Positions 62,936 through 64,000 of a stretch of 64,000 nucleotides of DNA are shown here, piece after piece. Position 1 is the stretch's first letter. Every line of letters starts with the position of its first letter. The stretch is from Eledone cirrhosa (taxonomy: Eukaryota): NCBI GenBank assembly GCA_964016885.1, contig OZ024741.1:69130001-69194000 (forward strand), read 5' to 3'. The notes below the pieces were generated by a model. The model had not been told where the DNA came from. It did no database searches and saw only the letters and a list, made by a program, of their open reading frames with translations. The position numbers were made by a program, and so were the translations under genes.

Positions 62936-64000
62936 TCTCAGGATTGGGAAAAATATATTTCACTGGGGCTCTTACTACTAACTCTTCTGTTAGTCTGCCT
63001 GCAATTCCACTACACACACAAACACACGTGCATGTGTGTGTGTTAATGTATGAGTTTGTGTGTATGTTTGAATTTCTGTGTGTGTATATGTATGTGCATT
63101 TCTGTGTGTGTATATATATGTGAGTTTCTGTGTGTGTGTATACGTATGTGAGTTTCTGCCTCTGTGCATGTGTGAGCGAGTGAGTGAGGACAGCTCCCCT
63201 ACACCTCCATGAAGAATGATGGGGTCCTCTTTACCTATTATCTGAATAAATCAGTAGAATTAATCATTCTTGTGTACTTTGTTTTCTACACTCTAACAGG
63301 TTGTACACGTGCTTTCCTCTGTAACATTACTTGCTACTTTTTTAAAATATGCTTCTCTTACACTCATTCAATGACTAAATATATCTATACGTGTGTATTT
63401 TGTGTGAGCAAAGGCATGTGGCCTGCTAGTTAGTCTGATGAACTCACAATCTTGAGGTTGTGGGTTCAAAATTCTTGACCAGGTAGTGTATTGTATTCTT
63501 GAGCAAGACATTTCATTTCAAATTGCTTTTCATGATAGGATTGAGGTCCCTATTGTTAAAACACAGGAAAATCCTCCTATGAAATACAACCTTGTGGGAG
63601 GTTAGCTAGTAGATGGGAGGTGCAATTTTCATTTTGTCTGCGTGTAAAGACACTTGTAACAGAAGTGTGAGTTTCTGTGTGTGTGTCAGAACGACTCCTC
63701 TACAACTCCATCAAGAGTGAAGAGGTCCCTAATCTAACTAAGTCAATAGGATTAATCACTTTTAATCATGAGGTCATGGGTCGAATTCTTGAGCAAGACA
63801 TTTCATTTCACATTGCTTTTCATGATAAGATTGAGCCCCCCCCCCCCATTATTAAAACACAGGAGAAACCTCTTATGAGATATAACCTTGTGGAAAGACA
63901 GCTTGTAGATGTGAGTTGTAATTTTCATTTTGTGTATGTTTTTGTGTGTAAAGACACTTATAATGGAAGTATGTTTGAGATAACAGATAAAATGTATCTA

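Overview
This is AT-rich, repeat-dense eukaryotic DNA in which I cannot recognise an intact host protein-coding gene. Most long ORFs in the track are translations of microsatellites or minisatellites. The SINE repertoire resembles, from memory only, that of octopus/coleoid cephalopod genomes. The window contains many copies of two tRNA-derived SINE groups and 3' fragments of RTE-clade and CRE-clade non-LTR retrotransposons. It also holds decayed pogo/Tigger and hAT transposase remnants, MITEs of the Tc1/mariner (TA), pogo, hAT (8-bp TSD) and piggyBac (TTAA) types, two non-autonomous Helitron families, and very long (TA)n, (CA)n, (CT)n and (CAY)n tracts. The most notable observations are five. 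(i) Three distinct small repeat families carry minimal hammerhead-ribozyme motifs of the Penelope type, and two of them occur as fold-back palindromes. (ii) A 3-kb hotspot at 28.4-31.4 kb contains three minisatellites that each arose from SINE sequence. (iii) Several young long inverted repeats could form dsRNA. (iv) There is a Helitron-Helitron head-to-tail junction. (v) CpG content appears to drop near 23.6 kb, which may mark the start of a methylated gene body. All coordinates and counts were read by eye.
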